Assembly (NCBI GenBank): GCA_963724295.1
Contig: CAVRUC010000005.1
Coordinates: 277,981-341,980, forward strand
Length of the DNA stretch: 64,000 nt
Reading direction: 5' to 3'
DNA from: an uncultured Chloroflexia bacterium
GTDB taxonomy: Bacteria; Chloroflexota; Chloroflexia; Thermomicrobiales; UBA6265
The notes below the pieces were generated by a model. It ran no database searches. It had not been told where the DNA came from and saw only the letters and a list, made by a program, of their open reading frames with translations. The translations under genes were made by a program, and so were the position numbers. Positions 63,486 through 64,000 of this stretch are shown here, piece by piece (within the stretch, counting starts at the first letter, position 1; each line of letters begins with the position of its first letter).

Positions 63486-63866
63486 TCAGATTTTGGTCGA
63501 TCCCTGACCATCAAGGCTTCTGATGAAGCCACGAAGCAGCCTGCCCACTTCGGCGGCATCCGCCAGCAAACGGGCTTGGACATCACCAGCGATGAGCCCG
63601 AGATCCCCTGCGACGATGAGCAAAGTTTCCAGCTCGCATAGCGAACCGTGAGCTATGGACAACCGATGCTTCATCTCTGCGGTTCCGAGACGGCCCTGTC
63701 CCTCAGCAATATTGGCAGGAATGGAGACGGCCGCTCGACGCAGCTGGCTCGTAAGACCGAATCGCTCATCGGCTGGCCATTCCGAGGTTGAGCTATAGAT
63801 CTCGCTCACCAATCGCCTGCTCTTCTGCCACGCAACCAGGTCTCGATATGTCCCTTCCCGTGGCAT
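63486..63866 (-). CDS. Four-helix-bundle protein (23S rRNA IVP / Avd-like family)
   Basis: YRDLVAWQKS, ERFGLTSQLRRAAVSIPANIAEG.GR, IAHGSL.ELET. Confidence 0.93.
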   Translation of the reverse strand: MPREGTYRDLVAWQKSRRLVSEIYSSTSEWPADERFGLTSQLRRAAVSIPANIAEGQGRLGTAEMKHRLSIAHGSLCELETLLIVAGDLGLIAGDVQARLLADAAEVGRLLRGFIRSLDGQGSTKI

Positions 63867-63884
63867 GCTTCTGTTGCCTCTCCG

Positions 63885-63940
63885 TCCGACTCCTCAACTG
63901 CGCAACTTCTCGACAACTCGACTCCTCGACTTCTCGACTC
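63885..63940. repeat. Right arm: about 7 x NCTCGACT (inverse of the left arm)
   Basis: cctcaact gcgcaact tctcgaca actcgact cctcgact tctcgact. Confidence 0.88.
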
Positions 63941-63945
63941 CGTCA

Positions 63946-64000
63946 CTATGTCCACCAGGCCTGGGTGGCGGGTTCCTGGATGACGACGGTTTTGAGGAAC
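63946..64000 (-). CDS. 3' end of an upstream gene, possibly a sugar-phosphate isomerase/epimerase
   Basis: FLKTVVIQEPATQAWWT*; WW terminus and position next to a Gfo/Idh/MocA gene. Confidence 0.45.
   Translation of the reverse strand, partial: FLKTVVIQEPATQAWWT

Noticed and set aside
63486..63866. Diversity-generating retroelement (Avd)
   Set aside because: No reverse transcriptase or TR/VR pair in the window; context beyond 64000 is unseen.

Overview
GC-rich bacterial chromosome segment. The gene content and style (rny-spoVS, rplI-dnaB-dnaD-dnaC cluster, secreted proteins with 'QEATP' after the signal peptide, Ala/Thr 'ATQAA' stalks) suggest Chloroflexota, probably Thermomicrobiales (inference). 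Single-base indels split many genes, including conserved housekeeping ones (ispDF, plsX, groEL, infC), which points to an unpolished long-read assembly. Housekeeping blocks: rny, spoVS, ispDF, dtd, rplI, dnaB/D/C, plsX, hup, infC-rpmI-rplT, groES-groEL with CIRCE, trxA. Accessory content: a copper-protein cluster; an island at about 39.4-49.7 kb with two iteron-like arrays, a C-box/controller-protein-led multi-domain McrBC and a Dna2-like nuclease-helicase; an MNT-HEPN toxin-antitoxin pair; and a MotA/ZorA-like + MotB/ZorB-like pair divergent from a kinase with helical repeats. Best candidates for new biology: (1) two circularly permuted, Gly/Asn-rich secreted proteins at 35.0-36.4 kb, one with an LPKTG sortase signal, resembling a chaplin-style fibre system; (2) a four-helix-bundle gene enclosed by inverted 8-mer tandem arrays, with empty copies and many related 7/8-mer arrays across the window; (3) the Mot/Zor-like pair plus kinase. 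No rRNA, tRNA or CRISPR array was recognised.
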